64,000 bases of DNA from a virus (Duplodnaviria > Heunggongvirae > Uroviricota > Caudoviricetes): the IMG/VR virus record IMGVR_UViG_3300043411_001076; one strand, written 5' to 3'. The translations under genes and the position numbers were made by a program. This document shows, one piece after another, positions 1 to 9,425 of this stretch. Under the pieces are notes generated by a model, which saw nothing but the letters and a program-made list of their open reading frames with translations, was not told where the DNA came from and did no database searches. Position 1 is the first letter of the stretch, and each line of letters starts with the position of its first letter.

Positions 1-116
1 TAAATACTAAAAATAATAATGAGGAATACACTATCCGAAATCTCATTTCTTATTTAGATGCAGAAAAGTATGTTAATAAGTCATATCATAGCTATTGCCA
101 TTGTATACATATTAAA

Positions 117-341
117 TTGGAAACATTTCTAATCCATTACCTATTAGATACTAGGCTAAGTGCCGACTTAAAAGATGCCCTTCTTGATGCTTATTGCGGA
201 TTGATACATCCAATAGGAAGAGACTCTTTATCTAAAAAGTCAAAATTTATATTTTTAACCTATTTAAAAGAAAAATTTAGTCATAACAAATACTTCTGTA
301 CGATTATTGATGAACAAATTGCAGATAACTTTACTATTTAG
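117..341 (+). CDS. hypothetical small protein (ORF-track start is TTG; weak)
   Basis: 74-aa ORF beginning TTG GAA ACA; no recognisable motif. Confidence 0.25.
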   Translation: METFLIHYLLDTRLSADLKDALLDAYCGLIHPIGRDSLSKKSKFIFLTYLKEKFSHNKYFCTIIDEQIADNFTI

Positions 342-402
342 CTATAGTATTCTGTGAGTCCATTCATAGACTCATGTAACAAGAAAGTAGAAGGGACATA
401 AT

Positions 403-1665
403 ATGACCTCAGTAAAGACAGTTGAACTTGGTGTATTTTCGAAAGATGAAACTATCAAAGATGATAAGATTACTACTCGTAGTGGATGGGGTGACGGACT
501 AGTCACTTGTTACATGGATAAGTCAGAGACAAGAAAGGCTCTTATTACAGACTCTGAATATAAATTGGATTCAAATATCCACTTTGAATCAGAAAGTAAA
601 ACAGATTTCCTCCATAGAAATCTTTTTGATTACTTAGCCCTATGCTATTCTAATCATTATAATGCTATTTTAACTCCTGACATGGTTTGGTTTTCTATTA
701 TGTCTGAATTGGCTGGTGAAGTCAATAGACAACCAGAGACTTATCGAAAATATTTCACAGATTCTAAAGAAAAGAAAACACTTCTAGTTTCTGTAGATCC
801 ATCTCAACCTGGGTTTTTGAATTTTTCTGATTTTAAATCTGCTCTAAAAGAAGCAGTACCTGTAGACACTAATCTGTTCATGCCATCGTTTTCAACATCT
901 GATGCATTATCTAATATGGCTATTCAAGCCGTATTTATGGATGCGGTTTCTCCGTTTTATAACTATATGATGTTTATGTGTGGTATTCCAAAAATTGAAA
1001 TTCATGGGTCTACAGAAGATTGGAATACACTAAAAAATAGTTTTACTGGTATTGTAGAACTAATGAATAACTCTTTCCCTGCTTATGCTAAAAATTGGTC
1101 AGCAAACGTTTATAAAGTTATTGATCAGGTAATCAACACCCTAAATGAACATACACAAGAATTTGATTGGAAAACTATTTTCTATAGTAAAAGTTGTGGA
1201 TCTGGTTCTCAACAAAACGTTTATGGTTGGATCTTTAATCTAGTCATGAATCATGAAGGAAAAGGAAATTCAGAAGGTAAGATGCTCCATAACTACCCGA
1301 CACAAATTGCTAAAGTATCTTATACTATCGTAAATGATCCCAATAATTATACGTTTAAGATTGGACTAACGAAATCAAGTCTAAACGAAAATAATTTCCT
1401 TATCCCTGAATTTGGCTATGTTGTTAACAAAGAGGTTGAAGTTAAAGAACAACCTAGACAACAGAATACAAATAAAGAAGTAGTTATAAAATCTGAATTA
1501 ATTACAACATCCAGACAGAAACTAGATGTTACATGGGAACCGAGAACTGAGATTTTTATATTATCTGGTGATGACGATAAAAGTAAACATCTCGGTCTAA
1601 GGGTAGAAGAAAAGATAGGTGTAGCCTGGACAACTAAAAAATATACTTTTTTACCAGAAGATTAA
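403..1665 (+). CDS. hypothetical protein (420 aa)
   Basis: Long ORF, ATG preceded by AGAAGGGA; followed by GC hairpin terminator; no motif recognised. Confidence 0.6.
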   Translation: MTSVKTVELGVFSKDETIKDDKITTRSGWGDGLVTCYMDKSETRKALITDSEYKLDSNIHFESESKTDFLHRNLFDYLALCYSNHYNAILTPDMVWFSIMSELAGEVNRQPETYRKYFTDSKEKKTLLVSVDPSQPGFLNFSDFKSALKEAVPVDTNLFMPSFSTSDALSNMAIQAVFMDAVSPFYNYMMFMCGIPKIEIHGSTEDWNTLKNSFTGIVELMNNSFPAYAKNWSANVYKVIDQVINTLNEHTQEFDWKTIFYSKSCGSGSQQNVYGWIFNLVMNHEGKGNSEGKMLHNYPTQIAKVSYTIVNDPNNYTFKIGLTKSSLNENNFLIPEFGYVVNKEVEVKEQPRQQNTNKEVVIKSELITTSRQKLDVTWEPRTEIFILSGDDDKSKHLGLRVEEKIGVAWTTKKYTFLPED

Positions 1666-1680
1666 TAAAATTGGTTACTA

Positions 1681-1706
1681 GGGGCTTCGGCCCCTTTCAC
1701 ATTTTC
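1681..1706 (+). terminator. intrinsic terminator
   Basis: GGGGC-TTCG-GCCCC hairpin then TTTCACATTTT. Confidence 0.6.
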
Positions 1707-1722
1707 AAAAAAGGTAATAAAA

Positions 1723-3054
1723 ATGGCTAAGAGAATCAAACCAAAAAACAATAAGACAGTAGAGAAATCTTCTGTGACTCCTTTAACTAATAATCAGGAA
1801 ACAGAAAAACTAGAATCTACTTCAGAATTAAATGTATCTTCGGAAAATCAAAATCCTGAAGTACAACAAACTGATAATGTAGTTTCAGAACCTACAGTTG
1901 ATGGAGCTTTACTTGATGAACAACCAGTTGTTCCAGAACCTACAGAAACGTTGGTTATAGAAGTAAGTTCATTGCTTCTCAATAACGATGTGAAAGTTCA
2001 AGACTCAGTAAAGACTAAAGTAATTCTTCCTTTATCATCAGATGATAAGTTTGAATCATCTGTCACCGTTTCACAGTCAAAAAGTAAACATGTTAAGGGT
2101 CTTTTAGATCATTGGGTTGACGCAGAATCTAAAGGACTTATGTATCGTTCTTTATTAGGCATTGCTCTAGGTGATGCTTTCGGTATGTTATTTGGTGAAT
2201 TTCCAAAAGATCCAAGTATCATTAGAAACATTGGATCAAAGGTTATTCCTCCAGAGAAGAATGCTCCTTCTTACTTGTGGAGATGGAGTGATGACACAGT
2301 TGCAGCAACTGCTATTGTAAAAACATTAGAGGAATTTAACGGTATCGATCAAGAAGAACTGAGTGATAACTTAGTATCTGGATATAATGCCTATTCAGAT
2401 AGAGGTTTTGGTGGTGGATTCAAGAAATTAATGGTAGGAATTAATGCTGGAGGATCTTGGAAGAAACTATCAAAAGACTTATTTGATGGGATTGGATCTT
2501 TTGGAAATGGATCGGCTATGAGAGTTGCACCTGTAGGTGCTTTTTTACACGATACAAGTATCCAAGCTGTTATACAGGAGGCAACAGAATCAGCAGAAGT
2601 GTCACATGCCCATCCAGAAGGAATTGCAGGGGCTGTTGCAGTAGCATTAGCTTCCTATTTTCTAAGTCAAGAAAATAATGAACCTCGTTCATTATTAAAT
2701 AAAATTCTGGAACATATGCCAGAATCAGAGACTAAAAATCAAATTAAGAAAATAAGTCACGTTGATATTCAAGAGCATCCATCATCTGTTGCTGAACTTT
2801 ATGGAACAGGAATGGCTCCAAAAAGTACGAAAATCAGTACAACATGTCAACATACAGTTCCATTCTGTCTTTGGATGGTACAGAGAAGTCTACTTTTTAA
2901 TAAGTCTTTTTCTACGACCATGTGGGAAGTTGCAGAATGTCTTGGTGATATTGATACGACTTGTGCTATTGTCGGTGGCATCCTTGCCTGCAATAAAAAT
3001 ATTAAGCTTCCTCAAGAATGGATTTCTAAACTAGAACCTATTCCTGTATTTTGA
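1723..3054 (+). CDS. ADP-ribosylglycohydrolase (DraG/ARH) family protein with low-complexity N-terminal extension
   Basis: Motifs LLGIALGDAFG, WSDDTVAATA, GNGSAMRVAPVGAF typical of ARH family; N-terminal ~140 aa S/T/E/Q-rich. Confidence 0.7.
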   Translation: MAKRIKPKNNKTVEKSSVTPLTNNQETEKLESTSELNVSSENQNPEVQQTDNVVSEPTVDGALLDEQPVVPEPTETLVIEVSSLLLNNDVKVQDSVKTKVILPLSSDDKFESSVTVSQSKSKHVKGLLDHWVDAESKGLMYRSLLGIALGDAFGMLFGEFPKDPSIIRNIGSKVIPPEKNAPSYLWRWSDDTVAATAIVKTLEEFNGIDQEELSDNLVSGYNAYSDRGFGGGFKKLMVGINAGGSWKKLSKDLFDGIGSFGNGSAMRVAPVGAFLHDTSIQAVIQEATESAEVSHAHPEGIAGAVAVALASYFLSQENNEPRSLLNKILEHMPESETKNQIKKISHVDIQEHPSSVAELYGTGMAPKSTKISTTCQHTVPFCLWMVQRSLLFNKSFSTTMWEVAECLGDIDTTCAIVGGILACNKNIKLPQEWISKLEPIPVF

Positions 3055-3083
3055 TAGCCAGAGGTCAAAATTAATATTCAATA

Positions 3084-3113
3084 AAGGGATGGTTTTCATC
3101 CCTTTTATTTTTT
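3084..3113 (+). terminator. intrinsic terminator
   Basis: AAGGGATG-gttttc-CATCCCTT hairpin followed by TTTTATTTTTT. Confidence 0.65.
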
Positions 3114-3123
3114 GAGGGAAAGG

Positions 3124-3762
3124 ATGTTAAAACAAAATCAATTATTTTATATCAATACGTATATCACATACAAAAATAATAATTTTGATATTTTGCAAGT
3201 AAATAATTTATTGGAAGGATTAAGTACAATAGACTTAAAAGAAATACAACAGATAAAAGAAGATATCGATTATATATTTGACGGGATGCCTGTAGAAAAT
3301 AGTCTTACAGAGGGAAGAATAAATGCATTATACGCTGAATGTATGTCTGATTTCCAGTCATTTCAGTGGAAGTGTTGTTTATCAACAGCAAGGATGTTAG
3401 TTAGAACTGATTCTAAATACCGATCCATTTATCTGTTTATGATGGGGAGATGTTATCAGTCATTAAATGCAATAGACTTATCTGTTTTTGTTTATCAGAA
3501 AACTCCTATTTATAAACTATATTTATGGATTGGATCTCTATGGAGAGATCCGCACATGATGAGTATTGAATCTATAAATAATGAACCTGATTCTGTCTGT
3601 TTGGAATGGTGGAAAGACAAAAAGAAACTTACTGTTTACATAGATTCTGATAAAATATCTTATTTGCAAGTGTCGGGTCCGTCCATACTAAATGATATGG
3701 TAGACGGAATATTGACGGAAGAAAACGCAGAAGGAGTATTTCAATGGATTTTGAAAGGTTAG
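3124..3762 (+). CDS. hypothetical protein
   Basis: ORF track starts at TTG 3112 inside terminator T-run; first ATG 3124 preceded by GAGGGAAAGG. Confidence 0.5.
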   Translation: MLKQNQLFYINTYITYKNNNFDILQVNNLLEGLSTIDLKEIQQIKEDIDYIFDGMPVENSLTEGRINALYAECMSDFQSFQWKCCLSTARMLVRTDSKYRSIYLFMMGRCYQSLNAIDLSVFVYQKTPIYKLYLWIGSLWRDPHMMSIESINNEPDSVCLEWWKDKKKLTVYIDSDKISYLQVSGPSILNDMVDGILTEENAEGVFQWILKG

Positions 3763-5438
3763 AAAGAACTATTATAGATAATCCTTCTGATGTTTTATTA
3801 TGTGAGGCGGTCCTAACACAGATTAAAAGAAATAAAGCATTAAGTGACTCCATAGAAGATCATTTGATCTTATCTGATCAACCTGAATTATTAAGTATTA
3901 TAAATGGAGTTCTTAATAAGTCCTATAATAATATTGAGGATTTATATAAGATAATAAAGGCCCGTAAGATAGCCTGGGAAGAATCTTATTCATTTGGATT
4001 TTCTAAGATTAAAGCCGAAAATAAGTCCTTATCAATTCGATTTATTAATTATTTATTCGAAAATGTAAATGATGATTTAGTAGTAGGCATGTTTAATACT
4101 TACTGTGAGATACATGTTCCAATTTATATCACGGATAAGTTGTCAGATACTAAGTACGTATTACTACTAAAATATTTTATTAAAGATGTGGAAAAAATAC
4201 AAACGAAAGAAATTAATAAACTTCATGTAAAATCATTAGTAAATGTTAAAAAGGAAATAGCAAGTAGTATAGTTTTTATCATTAAAACCTTAATTGATGC
4301 CGTACAAACAGAGAAAATAATATCATTCAAACAGATTCATCCATTTCTCACAGAAGAGTTAGGTACGGATATTTTAATAGATGAGCGTATTTTTAATTCT
4401 CCATTATCAATAGTAGAAGATAAATATACGCATGATTATCCATGTGGATCTTTAAGAAAAAATTCAAAAGATGCAAATTATGAAATGCAGCAGATTTATC
4501 AAGATTTTTACACAAGAGAAGCAGGATACAGTAGGGCAACACTTCAATACGGAAATCCTGTAGTTCCTTCTTTCCATTTATTTAAATACAAGTCATCGAA
4601 GACCATCGGATCTTTGAAATTGAAAGATGGATCGTTACAATACGAGATTACCTATGAAGCATTTTATATAAAATCAGTCACAGTAGGAAATCACGATGTA
4701 TTCTATAACCAATGTTCTTCAAACTATCTTCTAGGAGATGCTATAGGACATGGACTTAGACTATATATCCGCAAAAGTAAAATAGATACTTCATTTCGAG
4801 ATTTTTTAATCGAAAATTCAGTATTCATGTATGCTTCAGAACTTATAAAGATATTAGGTATTAGTACCATACAAGCAAATGGTAATTTCTCATATAGACT
4901 GAACAACTACAACAAATTTATCATTTGTGCGGGAAAATATTTACGCGGAGAACATAATACAAAGAAAACAAATAGCCTTACTACTTTTAAAGTAAATATG
5001 TTTAATAATGCGACACTTAATAGTGATCGGGCCATTTTTTATACTTTGGCTACTAACAATGTATCGTCTATCTCTAGTGAGTTGTACAATATAATCACAA
5101 AAACTAATGGCAGAGAGACATTAGATAAGACATTTAATTTTTTATTTGGAAATGATGACTTATATAAAGAAGTGACTATACATCCAAAAACTGTTAGATC
5201 ATATTATTTTGGGAGTCGTACATACGAAATATCCGCGTATACCTACAATACACCCCTTATTTACGAAACCTCGATGGTTAAAATAAAGCAGTTATTATCA
5301 AAAATAAAAGAGGCTTTAGTTGTTAAAGGAGAAACTAACAGATTAAATGATCCACCTTCATGGATAGATTTTCTTGACTGGAGTACTGTAAGTATAGAAT
5401 ATGCAGACACAATAAGGGCGTTTTTAAGTTTGACATGA
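3744..5438 (+). CDS. hypothetical protein (564 aa), N-terminus MDFERL resembles MDxERL paralog family
   Basis: Long ORF; N-terminal MDFERLERTI similar to starts of genes at 15565-19704. Confidence 0.55.
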   Translation: MDFERLERTIIDNPSDVLLCEAVLTQIKRNKALSDSIEDHLILSDQPELLSIINGVLNKSYNNIEDLYKIIKARKIAWEESYSFGFSKIKAENKSLSIRFINYLFENVNDDLVVGMFNTYCEIHVPIYITDKLSDTKYVLLLKYFIKDVEKIQTKEINKLHVKSLVNVKKEIASSIVFIIKTLIDAVQTEKIISFKQIHPFLTEELGTDILIDERIFNSPLSIVEDKYTHDYPCGSLRKNSKDANYEMQQIYQDFYTREAGYSRATLQYGNPVVPSFHLFKYKSSKTIGSLKLKDGSLQYEITYEAFYIKSVTVGNHDVFYNQCSSNYLLGDAIGHGLRLYIRKSKIDTSFRDFLIENSVFMYASELIKILGISTIQANGNFSYRLNNYNKFIICAGKYLRGEHNTKKTNSLTTFKVNMFNNATLNSDRAIFYTLATNNVSSISSELYNIITKTNGRETLDKTFNFLFGNDDLYKEVTIHPKTVRSYYFGSRTYEISAYTYNTPLIYETSMVKIKQLLSKIKEALVVKGETNRLNDPPSWIDFLDWSTVSIEYADTIRAFLSLT

Positions 5439-5580
5439 TTTCTATGTTACGTTTTTGTAGGTTCTGCGATATAATAGGCATCAGAAAGGTAGTAGCTAAT
5501 AGCTACTGCGGCGACTTGGATCGTTTTAAGGTTCTATCTATATGTGTAGTTGAACCTTAAAGCATTTTTTGGGAAAGAAA

Positions 5581-7194
5581 ATGACTAGACTAGCAAACGT
5601 TGTAAATCTTGTATCCGAAACTCCTTCGATGAAGGCTGATACCGTAAATAAGGAAGGATACGCCGCTTTCAAAAAGCAATTTGAAGAACAGTATATTCAG
5701 ACATTGTTAACTAATACTTTTGGAAAGGCATTTTACGCTACGTCTAATGAATTGATTAAAGAGTCTATTAATCTACACAACGAGATGGTAGAGAAAGATC
5801 CTGCATTTATGGCAAATGCCCTTGTATATGCCAGAAACAAGGGATACATGCGTTCTCAACCTATCTATGGTCTTGCAACATTGGCACGAAAATCAGTAAC
5901 TGATGCCAAAGCAGGACTAAAAGATTCGGCTGCTAGAGATAACTTCAAAAGAGTTTTCTCTCTAGTCGTACTAACTCCAAAGGACTTGTTAGACTTTGTT
6001 ACAGTGACAAGGTCTATGAGAGGATGGGGAAGTCTTGTTAGAAAGCAAGTACAGAAATGGCTAAGTGATAAGATGAATACCTATTGGGCCATTAAATATG
6101 GTTCCATGAAATCTGGAACCTATTCTTTGAGAGATGTTTATCGTATTTCTCACCCAAAGGTTTTGGAAGGTGCAAGGAAAGGAATCGTAAACTACATTGT
6201 TCGCGGTGAATTAGGTATGGAACACCCTGATCTGGAGCAGATTAATTGCTTTGAACAGTTAAAAACTGCAACTGATGCAGATTCCAAAGTTGAATTAATT
6301 AGACGCGGGCGCTTACCTCACGAAGTTGCGACTACCTTTGCAGGTAAAGATAAGAAGGTATGGGAATCCATTGTCCCTCAAATGCCTATCTTTGCCTTAC
6401 TACGGAATTTAGCAACCATTGAAAGAAATGATGTTGTGAAGGAAAGTAAGAATAAGATTGAGAGCACCTTCTCAAATGAACAGCAAGTACGAAAAAGTAA
6501 GATTCTTCCGTTCCAATTTTTATCTGCGATGGATAAGGTAACTACTCCTTTCATTAAAGATGCTCTTAGGGATGGTCTTGAGTTGTCTTTCAGTAATCTC
6601 CCAGAAATCACTGGTAACACAGTCGTATTCTTAGATATCTCTGGATCTATGGACGAATTAGATACCTCTGGATCTATGACCAATGGAAGTAAGATAAAGA
6701 CAGCCTCTATTTTTGCTGTTGCTCTTATGAAGAAGATTGAAGAAGGAAAACTATATCTTTTTGATACGGCTATTGAAGAAAGGGTAATCTCAAAAAGAGA
6801 TAGTCTTATGACTCAGGCAGAAAGAATCAAAACCAGAGGTGGTACTGAGACATCTATTACTATCGATACTATTCTTAGGAAGAAAGAAAAATATGATAAT
6901 ATTATTATGCTCACAGATGAACAGCAAAATTCTGGGCGTCCATTCTGTGATCGTTTAGCTGCATATCAAAGAGTTTACCCAGACGTAAAAACGTTTATTA
7001 TAGATATTTCTCCATACACTCAATCAAGGTCTTTACCTATTGATATGAAGAATGTATATTATATCTTTGGATGGTCCCCTAAAGTTTTGGAATTCATTTC
7101 TATGACTACTAAAGGATGGTCAACTATGACAGAAATGATCCGTGATCCGAAAAATTATTCTCTGCTTTCTGATAAAACAGAAGATGATGAATAA
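5581..7194 (+). CDS. Ro60-like protein: TROVE domain + von Willebrand A (vWA) domain
   Basis: N-terminal NKEGYAAFK...TNTFGKAFYATS...ANALVYARNKGYMRSQPIYGLATLA (TROVE-like); C-terminal MIDAS motif VVFLDISGSMD; ORF-track start 5569 is TTG, ATG 5581 has GGGAAAG upstream. Confidence 0.65.
   Translation: MTRLANVVNLVSETPSMKADTVNKEGYAAFKKQFEEQYIQTLLTNTFGKAFYATSNELIKESINLHNEMVEKDPAFMANALVYARNKGYMRSQPIYGLATLARKSVTDAKAGLKDSAARDNFKRVFSLVVLTPKDLLDFVTVTRSMRGWGSLVRKQVQKWLSDKMNTYWAIKYGSMKSGTYSLRDVYRISHPKVLEGARKGIVNYIVRGELGMEHPDLEQINCFEQLKTATDADSKVELIRRGRLPHEVATTFAGKDKKVWESIVPQMPIFALLRNLATIERNDVVKESKNKIESTFSNEQQVRKSKILPFQFLSAMDKVTTPFIKDALRDGLELSFSNLPEITGNTVVFLDISGSMDELDTSGSMTNGSKIKTASIFAVALMKKIEEGKLYLFDTAIEERVISKRDSLMTQAERIKTRGGTETSITIDTILRKKEKYDNIIMLTDEQQNSGRPFCDRLAAYQRVYPDVKTFIIDISPYTQSRSLPIDMKNVYYIFGWSPKVLEFISMTTKGWSTMTEMIRDPKNYSLLSDKTEDDE
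6638..6680 (+). repeat. in-frame tandem duplication (CTCTGGATCTATG x2, 27 nt apart) within vWA MIDAS motif
   Basis: Encodes SGSMDELDTSGSMTNG; direct DNA repeat visible. Confidence 0.5.
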
Positions 7195-7225
7195 TTAACC
7201 GCAAAAAACTGAAAACAACTCGATA

Positions 7226-7264
7226 AAAGCTCTATTATTTTTATAATAGGGCTTTTATCTTTTT
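7226..7264 (+). terminator. intrinsic terminator
   Basis: AGCTCTATTAT-tttt-ATAATAGGGCT hairpin followed by TTTATCTTTTT. Confidence 0.6.
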
Positions 7265-7274
7265 AGAGGGTATT

Positions 7275-7910
7275 ATGAAACATATAGATGATATTAAGGC
7301 AAGATCAGGGGTAACGTTAGAGCAAGTAAAAGATGAATTAAAATTTCCAACTATTTATGATCCAGAAAAATTTATATCAAAGACTCCCTATCCTAATAGT
7401 CATCCTTCTTACTTGAAAAATATAAAAATAGTTAAACATATCTCTGAAAACTTAAAGCCAGTAGATCACGAAGAGATGATGGCTTATGATAGGTCATTTC
7501 GACATGAAATTAGTAATAAATTAGATAAATTAAAGATTCCATATCAATGGGTAGACGGATTATTCGAAGAATTAGAATATCTTATAGTACTTGAAAAGTA
7601 CAGGCATAACAAGCCAAGACCTTTTATTTTAGGACCACACATAGGAGTAGAAATAACACCGATACATTACAGATATGCACAATCACCTTCATATCCTTCG
7701 GGCCACGCCATGCAAGCATATTTGGTGTCAGAGGTTATAAAATTACTATTAAATATTGACGAACTGGACTCTGTAGCAGGTAGAGTCTGTTTAATTCGTA
7801 TGCAAGCGGGTGTACACTTTCCATGTGATCTTATAGAAGGGATGAAATTAGCTAAAAATCTGGCTAAATATCTAGTAGAGACATATGGAAAGAATATTTT
7901 TAATTTGTAA
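7275..7910 (+). CDS. PAP2-superfamily phosphatase (soluble, no signal peptide or TM)
   Basis: All three PAP2 signature motifs with correct spacing: K-x6-RP (KYRHNKPRP), PSGH (YPSGHA), R-x5-H-x3-D (RMQAGVHFPCD). Confidence 0.65.
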   Translation: MKHIDDIKARSGVTLEQVKDELKFPTIYDPEKFISKTPYPNSHPSYLKNIKIVKHISENLKPVDHEEMMAYDRSFRHEISNKLDKLKIPYQWVDGLFEELEYLIVLEKYRHNKPRPFILGPHIGVEITPIHYRYAQSPSYPSGHAMQAYLVSEVIKLLLNIDELDSVAGRVCLIRMQAGVHFPCDLIEGMKLAKNLAKYLVETYGKNIFNL

Positions 7911-7927
7911 AACAGAAACGGGGAAGC

Positions 7928-8548
7928 ATGGACTGTTACAGTGATCCGCCTCTAATAGTAATGAGTACTATTGAATGTATTCAGCATCGACCTGGGATGT
8001 ATATAGATAAAACAGATGTCCTTCCAGAACATATCCCATACCAGATTTTATGGTATCTGTTAGATTGGGTGTCTTACTTAAATCCGACAACAGTATCTAT
8101 AGGAATTCATTCTTCTGGTGAGCTAGAGATAGTAGCCTCACCTATCAATCGTCAATATTTAAATCTTGAATCAGAATTAGAAAATGGTCATGGAGTTGAA
8201 GATAGGTATAGTTTATTTTCAAACTATAAATATATGATAGATCCTGTATCTAAAAAATTAGATATGGGGACTCTAGTTATTGTAAACGCCTTATCTGAAG
8301 AATTAGAATTAGATTATAACTGTGACAATAAAAATTTTAATTTTCGATACCAAAATGGTAATTTAGTAAGCAGATCTGAGGAAGATAGATCGGATAATCA
8401 TGTCAGAATTAGATTCAGACCTTCTTCAGAGATATTCAAAAAGCTTTGCGATATACCTTTCAATATATCGGACCTATCTTATATCTTAGGCTATGTAAGT
8501 AAATTAACATTACCCTTTAAAATTCATTTACTATCTACAAAGGAATAA
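7928..8548 (+). CDS. GyrB/ParE N-terminal (GHKL) -like fragment, catalytic residues not conserved
   Basis: IQHRPGMYIDKTD...ILWYLLDWVSYL aligns with type IIA topoisomerase RPGMYIG...LHHLVxEVVDNxxDE but N/E positions are W/Y; only 206 aa. Confidence 0.4.
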   Translation: MDCYSDPPLIVMSTIECIQHRPGMYIDKTDVLPEHIPYQILWYLLDWVSYLNPTTVSIGIHSSGELEIVASPINRQYLNLESELENGHGVEDRYSLFSNYKYMIDPVSKKLDMGTLVIVNALSEELELDYNCDNKNFNFRYQNGNLVSRSEEDRSDNHVRIRFRPSSEIFKKLCDIPFNISDLSYILGYVSKLTLPFKIHLLSTKE

Positions 8549-8549
8549 A

Positions 8550-8732
8550 ATGTTAGACTCAAAAAAGAACCCCGCATTAGTACTTGCCGTAAAAGAAGCA
8601 GAGAAAACATTCTTTATTCCTAAGTTTGTTGAAAATGATATAACGATTAATAATCCTGCAATTCTAAACGCTTTGAAAACAGTAAAATTTTATATGCCAA
8701 ATGTTCCCTATACGAAAAAGGAAGAAAAATGA
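8550..8732 (+). CDS. hypothetical small protein
   Basis: 60-aa ORF, SD AAAGGAATAAA upstream, stop overlaps next start. Confidence 0.4.
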   Translation: MLDSKKNPALVLAVKEAEKTFFIPKFVENDITINNPAILNALKTVKFYMPNVPYTKKEEK

Positions 8733-9088
8733 GCACGATTTTTGAAAAGATCATAGCAAGACAGATCCCTGCAAATATTGTCTATGAAGACGAAAACGTG
8801 TTAGCATTTGAGAGTAATGATCCTATTGCACCTGTTCATATAATTATTATTCCTAAGTTATCCACCGTTAGTAGAGACATCAATGACCTTTTTTATAAAT
8901 ATGTGCATGAGGAAGCCAAAACATATTTAGGACTTCTATTTGAAGTTGCCTATTCGTTAGCACTTTTGAAAGGAATAGCTAAGACAGGTTATCGTACTGT
9001 TATTAATAATGGACCAGATTCAGGACAGCAAGTTCCCTACATACATCTACATCTCATTGGTGGTAAACAATTAGGGAGCATCGGTTAA
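8729..9088 (+). CDS. HIT-family (HINT-like) nucleotide hydrolase
   Basis: Histidine triad YIHLHLIGG near C-terminus; N-terminal IFEKIIARQIPANIVYEDENVLAFESNDPIAPVHIIIIPK typical of HINT. Confidence 0.8.
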   Translation: MSTIFEKIIARQIPANIVYEDENVLAFESNDPIAPVHIIIIPKLSTVSRDINDLFYKYVHEEAKTYLGLLFEVAYSLALLKGIAKTGYRTVINNGPDSGQQVPYIHLHLIGGKQLGSIG

Positions 9089-9090
9089 AT

Positions 9091-9414
9091 ATGTCAAATG
9101 AAGGAAATTATAAGCAGGCTATTTTAGATGAAATAATGAATATAAGAAATAGACCTGAGATGTTTGCTAGGGATTTAAACGAAGCATGTCATATTTTGAT
9201 AACCCTATTCGATATTTTAAACAGAAATAGAGAGTTCGAAGAACTAGAGGTAAACGTATTTAAAATCTATCTTAATAAATTGGAAGTTACGTTTTCAAAT
9301 TCAAAAATAACTAATATAGAGCCACTTGTTCTTTTTTCAGATAAAAGAGCAGGGGAATTTATTAAAGACTTTGTAGATACTATCGTATCAGCATTGAGAT
9401 TAAACCATAATTGA
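9091..9414 (+). CDS. small GyrB N-terminal-like protein (degenerate)
   Basis: IRNRPEMFARDLNEACHILITLFDILNRN resembles topo IIA RPGMYIG..LHHLV.EivDN segment; 107 aa. Confidence 0.35.
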   Translation: MSNEGNYKQAILDEIMNIRNRPEMFARDLNEACHILITLFDILNRNREFEELEVNVFKIYLNKLEVTFSNSKITNIEPLVLFSDKRAGEFIKDFVDTIVSALRLNHN

Positions 9415-9425
9415 GTAGGGAAAAC

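Noticed and set aside
3112-3123. TTG/GTG ORF-track starts (117, 3112, 5569, 9411, 10343, 34729, 49692)
   Set aside because: In most cases an ATG with a better-placed AAGGA-type RBS lies a few codons downstream. The extended starts often run into terminator T-runs or upstream genes.
5439-5580. tRNA gene in the intergenic spacer
   Set aside because: No GTTCGAATC-type T-loop or cloverleaf could be drawn by eye. No tRNA-like T-arm was spotted elsewhere in the window, though a covariance search was not possible.
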